This document shows positions 37,026 to 48,846 of a stretch of DNA of 64,000 bases, piece by piece; position 1 is the stretch's first letter, and each line of letters starts with the position of its first letter. The DNA comes from Octopus sinensis (lineage: Eukaryota). The notes under the pieces were generated by a model. That model did not search any database, was not told the origin of the DNA, and saw only the letters and a list, made by a program, of their open reading frames with translations. Position numbers and translations under genes: made by a program. The DNA lies in assembly GCF_006345805.1 (NCBI RefSeq), contig NW_021833036.1:95095-159094 (forward strand). The letters are read 5' to 3'.

Positions 37026-37714
37026 CGTGGAGGCGCAATGGCCCAGTGGTTAGGGCAGCGGACTCGCGGTCATAGGATCGCGGTTTCGATTCCCAGACCA
37101 GGCGTTGTGAGTGTTTATTGAGCGAAAACACCTAAAGCTCCACGAGGCTCCGGCAGGGGATGGTGGTGATCCCTGCTGTACTCTTTCACCACAACTTTCT
37201 CTCACTCTTACTTCCTGTTTCTGTTGTACCTGTATTTCAAAAGGGCCGGCCTTGTCACTCTCTGTCTCACGCTGAATATCCCCGAGAACTACGTTAGGGT
37301 ACACGTGTCTGTGGAGTGCTCAGCCACTTACACGTTAATTTCACGAGCAGGCTGTTCCGTTGATTCGGATCGACCGGAACCTCATCGTCGTAACCGACGG
37401 AGTGCTTCATTCCATATTGAGCGAAAACACCTAAAAGCTCCACGAGGCTCCGGCAGGGGATGGTGGTGATCCCTGCTGTACTCTTTCACCACAACTTTCT
37501 CTCACTCTTACTTCCTGTTTCTGTTGTACCTGTATTTCAAAAGGGCCCCGGCCGTCACTCTCTGTCTCACGCTGAATATCCCCGAGAACTACGTTAAGGG
37601 GCACGTGTCTGTGGAGTGCTCAGCCACTTACACGTTAATTTCACGAGCAGGCTGTTCCGTTGATTCGGATCAACCGGAACCCTCATCGTCGTAACCAACG
37701 GAGTGCTTCCATCC
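37026..37714 (+). mobile_element. SINE A dimer (full plus 3' partial) within one 12-bp TSD
   Basis: ATCTTGTAGTTT at 37014-25 and 37715-26. Confidence 0.85.
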
Positions 37715-38847
37715 ATCTTGTAGTTTTGAGACTTCAATGATGTAATTGCTTATTTTTAGAATGACATCGTAGGGTAGGTGTGAGAGGTCAGATTGGTCTT
37801 TCCAATTTAATACTTATTTATTCACATTGTTTTGAATTAATCATGGATTATCTCATAGCTTCAAGGTTTCAATGATCTGATAGTTTATTTTTAGAATGAC
37901 ATTGTGGGGTACGTGTGACAGGCCGGATCTGGCTGGTTTGAAAACATACAATGGATAGAATATTTGGGCCAGATATACTCTTTACTCTTTTACTCTGTTA
38001 CTTGTTTCAGTCATTTGACTGCAGCCATGCTGGAGCACCGCCTTTAGTCGAGCAAATCGACCCCAGCACTTATTCTTTGTAAGCCCAGTACTTATTCTAT
38101 CGAGCTTCTTTTACCGAACCGCTTAGTTACGGGGACGTAAACACATCAGCATCGGTTGTCAAGAGATGTTGGGGGACAAACACAGACACACAACACACAC
38201 ATATATATATATATATATAAAAAGCACCCACTACACTCACGGAGTGGTTGGCGTTAGGAAGGGCATCCAGCCGTAGAAACACTGCCAGATCTGACTAGGC
38301 CTCATGAAGCCTTCTGGCTTCATAGACCCGAGTTGAACCGTCCAACCCATGCTAGCATGGAAAATGGACGCTAAACGATGATGATGATGATGATGATGAT
38401 ATATATATATATATACGACGGGCTTCTTTCAGTTTCCATCTACAAAACCCACTCACAAGGCTTTGGTCGGCCCGAGGCTATAGTAGAAGGCACTTGCCCA
38501 AGGTGTCACACAGTGGGACTGAACCCAGAACCATGCAGCTCGTAAGCAAGCAACTTACCACACAGCCACCACTCCTAAGCCTGGCTGGTTTAAATGGGTT
38601 AAAGCAGTCTCCTGGAAGTGGTCCCTTCCATCTTGGCATCACGAACAAAGAACGGTGATTACCGATATGGAGCCATTGGAAAAACCTCACTCATCGTTTC
38701 GTGAATGGTGGCGCTGCATCGACTGCTACTGGTGCTGTTGTTGCTAAGCAACAAGACGGGTAAGGGTGATTAGGTGATGGTCTAGGGCTTAGGGGCGGGA
38801 GACCCCAGACCTTGGAAAAGAAAAACTTTGGTCGTCTTGTTGTAGTT

Positions 38848-39325
38848 GAGGGTTCTTCGTTGACGCCCGACACCACTGGAAGTTGGCCCTCGAAGTGGCT
38901 GGAAATAGAGATCTCCAGGGCTCTTTGTTGACGCCCGACACCACTGGAAGGTGGCTCTTGAAGTCACTGGAAATAGAGATCTCCAGGGCTCTTTGTTGAC
39001 GCCCGACACCACTGGAAGGTGGCCTTGAAGTCACTGGAAATAGAGATCTCCAGGGCTCTTTGTTGACGCCCGACACCACTGGAAGGTGGCCCTTGAAGTC
39101 ACTGAAAATAGAGATCTCCAGGGCTCTTTGTTGACGCCCGACGCCATTGGGAGATGGGCCTTGAAGTCACTGGAAATGGAGATCTCCAGGGCTCTTTGTT
39201 GATGCCCGACACCACTGGAAGGTGGCCCTTAAGTCGCTGGAAATGGAGATCTCCAGGGCTCTATGTTGACGCCCGACACCACTGGGAGGTGGGCCTCGAA
39301 GTCGCTGGAAATGGAGATCTCCAGG
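38848..39325. repeat. GC-rich 67/68-bp minisatellite, 7 copies
   Basis: ATCTCCAGG anchors at 38911, 38979, 39046, 39114, 39182, 39249 and 39317. Confidence 0.95.
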
Positions 39326-39885
39326 TCCAAATTCTTGAACGGCTGCTGTTGGTGCTGCTGGTGTTGGTGCTGATCATGGTTGTGGTGGGGTAGGGTGGGG
39401 TTGGAATATTCAGAGGAACACAACCGTTGAGGGATTGTTCAAATTCCCATTTAGTTTCATATATTTATATACGGAGTGGTTGGCGTTAGGAAGGGCATCC
39501 AGCTGTAGAAACATTGCCAGATAAGACTGGAGTCTGGTGCAGCCTTCTGGCTTCCCAGATCCCCGGTTGAACCGTCCAACCCATGCTAGCATGGAGAACG
39601 GACGTTAAACGATGATGATGATGATGATGATGATGACACTTATATGCAGACTCACACACACATATATAGAAGTACATGGACTTAAAAAACATTCATATGC
39701 ACACGTGCGTGTATATATATATATATACACATTCATAGATACGGGTATGTATGGATATATATATATACACAGAAATGCATATATTGTATACAAATGTAAA
39801 TACAAACTCATTCATGCACACGAACATGTATATACATACATACATATATATATGTAAATATATTTATGTGTGTGTATATATATAG

Positions 39886-39940
<55 letters not shown>

Positions 39941-40039
39941 CATCTACATATATATATATATATCTGCAGACGTACATATATACATCTATATATGTACATA
40001 TATATATATATGTACATATATATATATCCGACCCCTACT

Positions 40040-40270
40040 TTTCAGTCCTTCATCCTTTCACCCCTACTCCCCTTCTTCTTCTCTTTCTCCCTCCCTCTTC
40101 CCCTTCCTCTGCTCCCTCCCCCCTCCCCTCTCTCCCCTTCTCTCTCTCCCCCTCTCCTCTTCCTCCTTCATCCCCCTCTTCACCTTCCTTCTCCCCATCG
40201 TCTCCTCTTCCCCTTCTCCTCCCTCTTCTTCCCCCCCCTTCTCTCCCCCCTCTTCTCCCCCTCCCCCTCT
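40040..40270. repeat. CT-rich polypyrimidine low-complexity tract
   Basis: Direct reading. Confidence 0.9.
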
Positions 40271-40827
40271 TCTCCTCACTACACCACATGACTTTACACA
40301 TCACATCACATATGATGTGCCATACTAATACACACAAACTAATACATACTAATACTACTAATACATACTAGTACATACTATACTTACAACAACCCTATAC
40401 ATACACCACGTCCAGACCCCGCATACGCACTTATACTCTCACACACACACACACACACACCTATACATACCAATACGTACTAATACATACTAATACATAC
40501 TAATACATACACCAACCCCATACATACGCACGTCCAGACCAATCTTACGCACTAATACTCTCTCATACACACACACACACAAACACACACCCTTATACAT
40601 ACTAATACATTACACCATCCTATACATACACACATCCAGACCCCTCCCACGCACTTTTAGCTGGTCCCTCAACCCTTTTATCAACCCTATTATATCCCCT
40701 TATTTCGCTCTCGCGTCTCATTTTTGATCTTTGACCTCTGGCCGAAATCAGATCGCCATGTTGATTCGTTAGCTACTGCACGCATTTTTTTCTCTCCCTC
40801 TTTCTGTGTTTTTTTTCTCTCTGTGTA

Positions 40828-40865
40828 TCTTTCTGTTGAAGAGCGTAGGCTCGAAACGTTAAAGA
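40828..40865 (+). ncRNA. Minimal Penelope-type hammerhead motif, A6U variant
   Basis: UCUUU-CUGUUGA-A-GAGCguagGCUC-GAAACGU-U-AAAGA; paralog at 62612-62648(-). Confidence 0.5.
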
Positions 40866-41965
40866 CTTGTTTTATTTATATTTCCTGAGCGCCATACTAA
40901 TACAATTGTTCGTTTGTTTTCCACCTGCCTTCGTCTTTTGTTTATTTTCATAAAGCTTCCCGTTATATATATATATATAGGGTGTTCAAAAAGTCTCTCC
41001 ACAGTAAGTGTTTTATTGCAAAATAAATATCTATAAGATGGTATAAGACTACAAAAGAATATATTAGAGATTTTACAAGACTTTAAAAACTTTATAAGAG
41101 GTGCTGAAAGTGTCGTCCTTCCTTTTCAATACATAAGTTGACTCTTCTAGACATGTTTTGAACTACATCTTGGAGAGTCTAATATTTTCTATCCCTTAAG
41201 GTGGTTATTTTAAAATCTATTTAAACTTATATATATTATATACATACATATATATATAGGCGTAGGAGTGGCTGTGTGTAAGTAGCTTGCTTACCAACCA
41301 CATGGGTCCGGATTCAGTCCCACTGCGGGGCATCTTGGGCAAGTGTCTTCTACTATAGCCTTGGGCCGACCAAAGCCTTGTGAGTGGATTTGGTAGACGG
41401 AAACTGAAAGAAGCCTGTCGTATATATGTATGTATATATATATATGTATGTGTGTGTGTGTTTGTGTTTGTTCCCCTAGCATTGCTTGACAACCGATGCT
41501 GGTGTGTTTACGTCCCCATAACGTAGCGGTTTGGCAAAAGAGACCGATAGAATAAGTACTGGGCTTACAAAGAATAAGTCCTGGGGTCGATTCGCTCGAC
41601 CAAAGGCGGTGCTCCAGCATGGCCGCAGTCGAATGACTGAAACAAGTAAAGAGAAAGAGGAAAGAGAATATATATATAGGCGTAGGAGTGGCTGTGTGTA
41701 AGTAGCTTGCTTACCAACCACATGGGTCCGGGTTCAGTCCCACTCTGTGGCACCTTGGGCAAGTGTCTTCTACTATAGTCTCGGGCCGACCAAAGCCTTG
41801 TGAGTAGATTTGGTAGATGGAAACTGAAAGAAGCCCGTCGTATATATGTATATATATATTTTCAATAATAATAATAAGGGTAAAATTAATTAATTAGTTA
41901 GTAATTAATAATTTTACCAAGCAGTGTTCAGTATGTAAAAGGACCATTTACGGTAAATTTAAACA

Positions 41966-42473
41966 TCTATATATATAAAACTGTAGTTGTGTGAGTGTCT
42001 GTCCCCTTCGATTTAGGTTCCTAACTACTCCCACATTTTGCGGTGCAGTTTAACCAAATTCGGGTATCTTATAGTCGTGATCATATCGAGCCCTTCAGGT
42101 ATTAGCGCGCGTCTACGATAAGTCTACGATTTTAAAAATATTTAACATCATTTTTTATTCCATTTTATGCATAATTTTTCGTGTGTCGATGGCGGCGGAG
42201 TTGGCGTCCATGGTCACACCTGCTCCTGTTTGCTTCTCCCCCTTCTTCCCTCCCTCGTGAAGCTGTGGGAAGGGAGTGTAAGGAAATCAACGTCGTAATG
42301 CGTTGTCAAGGAGACCAGCGTTCTTTTAGAACAACGACTTCATGGCTTGAACAACACAAAACAGAAATGGCTAAGAAAGCTCGAATTGGCATCTATAAGG
42401 GAAGTAACTCTCTAAAAATGGTTATATAGTTATTTCCCTTACAAACCCGAGCAACGCCGGGCGATACTGCTAG
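41966..42473 (+). mobile_element. Non-autonomous Helitron (complete)
   Basis: A|TCTATATATATAAA ... CCCGAGCAACGCCGGG-CGATACTG-CTAG|T. Confidence 0.9.
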
Positions 42474-43067
42474 TTATTTTATATAATTAGGGTTCAGCAA
42501 AAAAATTTTGCTTTACCACACACTTTCTAAAGAAACCCATCGTATATATGTGTATCATAAACCCATAAACTCATATGCATGAACATAACCAAAATGCACA
42601 GACGCATACACACATAAACTTGACTGCATATTTTATACAAGTTTTCTGTTACTTCTCAAATGTTTTTATACAGATTCTATTTTTTGAACATATTAAAATT
42701 GTACAAAGTCCATTCAGTGTGTTCATGTTACAAAGATTCTTTTTTTTTTCTTTCCTCCAAAAGATCCTCTTACATTATCATCATCATCACCACCACCATC
42801 ACCCCCCCCCCGGCATCATCATCGTTGTTTAATGTCCATTATCCATGCTAGCAGGGATTGGACGGTTCAGAGGCCGCACCAGGTTCCAATCTGATCTTGC
42901 AGTGTTTCTACAGCTGGATGCCCTTCCTAACATGCCAACCACTCCGTGAGAGTAGTTGGTGCTTTTTACGTGCCACCAGCACAGAGGCCAGAGGCTATCA
43001 GGATCGATCTGGCAAAACAGGAATCAAAAGGTTCCATAAATAAAAGATGGTTGAGAAAGAACTAGCA

Positions 43068-44000
43068 TTAAATTTTCTTGGTGTTGCTTCTTTGGTGGCT
43101 GCGGTTCTGTGACGGGAAACAAATAGAAGAAAAATCAAATTGACCAAGGGAGGTAACTTACATCCTGAGTATTGTCCCTTGACGCTGGGAATATTTTAAA
43201 ATTCCTCTCCATCCTGGACTGTTCCATTTTATTAAAAGCCGAAGTAACAGCTTGAACTCTTTCTTTTCTTGCTCCTCCCTGACTGTGGCATCTGGAATGT
43301 CTTTCGGGTCTTTTCGGTTTGACCGGCAGTTTTTAAGAATGGATGTTAAGATATTTTGGCTCTCTTCGGTTTGAACGGCAGTTTTTAACATAATTTCTAG
43401 GCAACTAAAAAATTTTAAACTTCGTCTACTGCTAGAATGTGTTTATAAAACATCTTTTTCTCTTGGCTTTATCTTTTTTTCTTCACAAATGTAAATAAAC
43501 GCAATCTGTTTCTTAAACGAGGGACATATTCATATGGCACAGAATGTTTTTTTTACCTCAATAGACGTCAGTGATTGGTTGAAATTGCAGAAATTGAAGA
43601 AGAAAAAACAACAAATATCTTACAAACTATAGAATTTTCTCAATAAAGCCAAGAGAAAAAGATGTTTTATAAACACGTTCAAACCGAAAAGATCCAAAAT
43701 ATCTTAACATCCATTCTTAAAAACAATTTCTAAAAACATTTAATTCTAAAAACATAATAGGACTTTTTAAACAATGTTTTATGTTGAGTTTCGTTAATTT
43801 CATATCATGTGACATTTTTCCCTGACCCTCTTTCATTTGACCTTGATAATTTTTTTTTTTTTTTTTTGCATTTCTGATGTTTCTAATGTCTAGGGATCAA
43901 TATTGATGTGTATGAGTCTGTGTCCTGGAGAACTGAAGTCAATAATTTACCTTATCTTGTCTTACTCATTTTGCCCCATGGTAAATTTGTTTTTTATATG
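43068..44000 (-). CDS. Candidate small spliced gene (exons 44000-43966, 43291-43162, 43106-43068; possible upstream exon 47876-47784)
   Basis: Canonical GT-AG sites with compatible phases give MGQNECHSQGGARKERVQAVTSAFNKMEQSRMERNFKIFPASRDNTQDNRSHQRSNTKKI*. One acceptor is weak, one intron is only 55 nt, and no homology was recognised. Confidence 0.3.
43300..43735. mobile_element. MITE with long subterminal inverted repeats
   Basis: 43333-43378 is complementary to about 43676-43724; internal direct repeats TCGGTTTGA(C/A)CGGCAGTTTTTAA. Confidence 0.6.
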
Positions 44001-45042
44001 CTGAAAGAGAACGGCGATAGTTTTTTCTGAAATAGCAACCAGATTATGTTATAATGGTTTTAATACATTTAGGGAAGGACATTTGCTTAGCTGGTATAGT
44101 TTTTGTAAGGTACTGAACATTTGTAAAGGACAAGTGAGTCCATCCCGTGTCCCTTGCCAGGGATGTAGCCAGCCCACTTATGCATACCTTTCCTTCCTTG
44201 GACACACGAAGACCTGTTGAGGGAAGCGAAGTCGAAATTGAACCAATCCTATGACTGGCACCCAGCAGTTGCCAGGGCCGCTGGACTGACTCCTGTGCAG
44301 GTGGCAAGTAAAGAAATACCGTTTTGACCCTGTGCATGAGGAGATCCATTGAGTCAAGAACACCAACATCAAAGATCAATGGAAACTGCAGTTGTGATCC
44401 CTGTGCCAGTGGCACGTAAAAAGCACCATCTGAACATGGCTGATACCAGCGCCACCTTGACTGGCTTCCATGCCGGTAGTACGTAAAATGCACCAATCCG
44501 ATCGTGGCTGTTGCCAGCCTCGCCCAGCACCTGTGCAGGTGGCACGTAAAAAGCATCCACTACACTCACGGAGTGGTTGGCGTTAGGAAGGGCATCCAGC
44601 TGTAGAAACTCTGCCAGATGAGACTGGTGCAGCCTTCTGGCTTCCCAGATCCCCGGTCGAACCGTCCAACCCATGCTAGCATGGAGAACGGACGTTAAAC
44701 GATGATGATATTTTATCTCAAAGTCAAAAAAGCAGTAAAAACCCCTTATTTTGCACACCCCTCACCATATTCTGAGTTATATTTTCCTGTTTGAATTACC
44801 AAATCCATCCAATTTTTACTGTAATTGATGGTATATAAGACTCGAGTTTTATTTTTTTTTTACAAACAAAAAATGAAAAATAACTTAATAATATCACCGT
44901 GGGTCCTATATGCAAAGTTGGGCCCCTCCATAAACTAATTTTGTCCCTGCTGCCCACTCCTTAAGGTTTATTTTCATCTAGACAGTTTCTTCTGTTGAGT
45001 ATCATTCCATTATTATTATTATTATAATAATAATAATAATAA

Positions 45043-45809
45043 TCTATATATATAAAGCTGAAGTTGTCTGTGTGTGTGTGGCAGGTTTGGTAGCCTTCAA
45101 CTAACATTATCTCCTCAGAGACCCTGCGGCACAAATTGACCAAAATTGAGAGTATGATAGAAGGCGGCTTGCTCTTTCTTCCATAGAAGAAAAAAATCGG
45201 ACCATGTTAACACCAAAAATTATTTACATCAAAAAGGTGCTTTTTTTTCTCTGAAAATCCCTATTTTTTACGATTTTTTGACTGCTGTGTCACCATTTTT
45301 TAGTGTATTTCAAGCAGAAAAATGTTCACTTAAAGAGAATAACAAGCTACATAATGCAAAATTTTTACTTTTCAGAAATTCCAATTCTAAAGGTTCGAAA
45401 CAAACCCGAGCAACGCCGGGTGATATAAATGAAGCTGAAGTTATCTGTGTGTGGCAGGTTTGGTAGCCTTCAACTAACACTATCTCCTCCGAGACCCTGC
45501 GGCGCAGGTTGACCAAAATTGAGAGTATGATAGAAGAAGGCTTGCTCTTCATTTTGTTGAAGATACAATTCAAATCGGACCATGTTAAGACCAAAAATTA
45601 TTTACATCAAAAAGGTGCTTTTTTTCTATGGAAATCCCTATTTTTTACGATTTTTTGACTGCTGTGTCGCCATTTTCGGTGTATTTCAACCAGAAAAATG
45701 TTCACTTAAAGAGAATAACAAGCGACATAATGCAAAATTTTTACTTTTCAAAAATTCCAATTCTAAAGGGTCGAAACAAACCAGAGCAACACCGGGCTAT
45801 GCTGCCAGT
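45043..45809 (+). mobile_element. Head-to-tail dimer of the 9129-type Helitron
   Basis: A|TC start; first hairpin at about 45404-20 without CTAG runs into a second copy ending in a hairpin and CCAG. Confidence 0.85.
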
Positions 45810-46017
45810 GAGAATAATTAGACGGGTGAAATGCTTAGCAGCCTTTGTTTGTCTTCATGTTCCGAGTTCAAATTCTGCTGAGATTAACAGCCTTTCATCT
45901 TTGCAGGGCTGATAAAATAGGTACCACTTAAGCATTGGTATTGATCTAATTACCTTACCTGCTTCCTTCGAAATTGCTGGCCTTGTTCCAAAATTTGAAA
46001 TTATTATAATTATTATT

Positions 46018-46050
<33 letters not shown>

Positions 46051-46547
46051 TCTGAGAGCGAACCATGGAATTGCATCTAGAATGTTACCCTCCCAGGCAC
46101 AAGTTCAGGCAACGTTGTTTATGGAAGACCAACAGTCGCCCATGCATACCGGCCTCCCCTCTCTACACCACCAGTGTTATCCAAGAAAAAAGCAAAAAAA
46201 AAAAGAGAAAGAACAAAGGAAAAAAAAAGAAATTAAAAAGAGTAGTGTTATCCAAGGGAAAGGCAAAGGGGCCGATACAACCTGGCACCAGTGATGTCGC
46301 AGCTCATTTCTACTGCTGAGTGAACTGGAGCAATGTGAAATAAAGTGTCTTGCTCAAGAACACAACACGTAGCTCCGTCCGGGATTCGAGCTCACAACCT
46401 CATGATTGTAAGCTCGACGCTCTAACCCCTGAGCCAATGCGCCTTCACAATAAAAATAATGATTTTATTTATTTTCCACCATGGTGAAGGATGATGGTGG
46501 ACAATACAAAGACAGACATAAAATGTTGGGGTTTACATATAATGAAA

Positions 46548-46931
46548 CTAGCAGTATCGCCCGGCGTTGCTTGGTTTGTAAGGGAAATAACTAATAAAGC
46601 ATTTTTAGAGGTTATAGCCAAAAAATAGCAAATAATGGAAAAAAAAAAAAAACGATGGTAAATTTTGAGAGTTAAAAAGGTGGAGTTGCGTCCCCTAGAC
46701 AGTCTGTGGTTTGTGTTTCTGATTCTCGACCCCATGTCGAATTTATCGAGTTTTTTCAGAAGTGGGGGAACTTTTCAAAATTTTCGCTGCGTTAGTTTTG
46801 AATTATGACATTGGGCTATGTGTGTGTCAAGTTTCATCAGAATCGGTTGAAAGCCGTGGTCAGGGTGAGGGTACAACCTGAGAGACACACAGACACGCAG
46901 ACAGACAAACTGCCGTTTATATAGAGAGAGA
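46548..46931 (-). mobile_element. Non-autonomous Helitron
   Basis: Reverse strand: A|TCTCTCTCTATATAAAC ... CAAGCAACGCCGGGCGATACTGCTAG|T. Confidence 0.85.
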
Positions 46932-48463
46932 TGATAAAAACGAAAAAAATGAAAGAAAGTGTACATGGCATACACTGAAAAAGAAGGGACCTATGCATAG
47001 CATACAAAGGTCTAAAAAGGAAAAAAAAGTGGCAAGGATGATGATAAAGATGGCCCCTTAGAGATAATCGAAGAACCCCACTGTCCAAAATTTCCCTGAA
47101 ACCCCAAGAGCAAGGGCCTTCTCCAATTCCTTCTCCCCGACTCACAGGTCCACACTTTTTGTATCTTTAAGTTCCCTGATTTTATGTTTGTCACGTTTTG
47201 TATTGTCCCATTTTTTGTATAGCCCCTTGTGGGTAATAAAAAATCAACTGTCATTTTGTGTAACACCCCCCCCCCAAGGCCCAGCACTAATCCCCATGTG
47301 CAATCCGTCCTTCCCAGGATTTTATCAAACTGAAAATGCCTCTCTCTTTTACTTGTTTCAGTCATTTGACTGCAGCCATGCTGGAGCACCACCTTTAGTC
47401 AAATGAATTGACCAAAGGACTTATTCTTTGTAAGCCTAATATGAATCCTATCCATCTCTTTTGCTGAACTGCTAAGTTATGGGAACATAAACACACCAAC
47501 ATCGGTTGTGGGGAGACAAACTCAGGCATTCAAAAACACACACACATATATATATGACAGGCTTCTCTCAGTTTCCACCAACAAATCCACTCACAAGGCT
47601 TTGGTTGGCCTGAGGCTATAGTAGAAGACATTTTACCCAAGGTGCCACACAGTGGGACTGAACCCGGAACCATGTGGTTGGGAAGCAAGCTACTTACCAC
47701 ACAGCCACGCCTGCACGTGTAGTTTCTTTGCATGTTTTGAATTACAAATGCACAAGAGAAAACATAAATGGCATCGACCTTACTGTTCTGGGGTGAAGGC
47801 CCTGCAAAGGCCAAGGGCCGTGTCCCTTCAGGCCATCATCTCTAGCTTTATCATTGTTTAACATCTATTCTCCCTACTAACAGAAAAGTTTGTAAAGTTA
47901 CCCTCTTGAGTTATACCAATTCATAAGGGCCAGTTTATTGGTTTCCATGGCAAATATATTCCCCACCTGGACAGGCCACGGTCAGTTGCAAGATGGCTCC
48001 TTTTTGCCGGCTGAGTGGACTGCACCAATATGAAATGAAGTGTTTTGCTCAAGAACACAAATGTGTCGCCGGGTCCTGGAATTGAAACCACAATCTTGAG
48101 ATCATTAGCTCAACACCCCTAACCACTAAGCCACGTGCCTTCACTATTTCCCATACTGGCATCGGTCGAATGGTTTGGCTGGAATTGGTAAACCAGAAGG
48201 CTGTGCCAAGCTTCTATACTTAGCTTGGCATGGTTTCAATGGTTGGATGCCATTCCCAATGCTAAGGTGGTAAAAATTGAAAACACATTTCTGATGGAAT
48301 CAATGAGAGTGAAGAATTGATTCAATACTTGACTGCTATTTTATTTATTGACCCCGAGAGGATGAAAGGAATATGAATGTTACATATTGATCATTGAAAA
48401 ATAAACATTTGTTTTAGGTATTTATCTGGAAATTTTTATTACATAATGGAAATATGTACAAGA

Positions 48464-48496
<33 letters not shown>

Positions 48497-48805
48497 TATT
48501 TATGCTTCAATCTTAGACAAAGGACACCAACACACACACACAACACACATACATATGTACAAATGTGCACAAACACACATGCACCCCCCCCACATATCTA
48601 TACATACACAAATATAAAATGCACATATCTGTTGATATGGATTAAAAACACACACACACATATATATATACATATTCAGATATAAATTATATATACATGT
48701 ATCTATGCACATACATGCACACACACACACACACATATTCAGGTATAAATTATATATATATATATATATATACTACATAAACACACAAAAACATATACAC
48801 ATACT

Positions 48806-48846
<41 letters not shown>

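Noticed and set aside
38610-38745. Plus-strand peptide ending WWRCIDCYWCCCC* (cysteine-string-like)
   Set aside because: Short, with no supporting upstream exon or clear start, and it overlaps a longer open frame on the other strand.
38848-39325. CRISPR interpretation of the 68-bp repeat
   Set aside because: The whole unit is repeated; there are no unique spacers.
43270-43291. HSQGG as a lipase nucleophile elbow
   Set aside because: It is preceded by C rather than G and followed by charged residues; the ORF is too short for an alpha/beta hydrolase.
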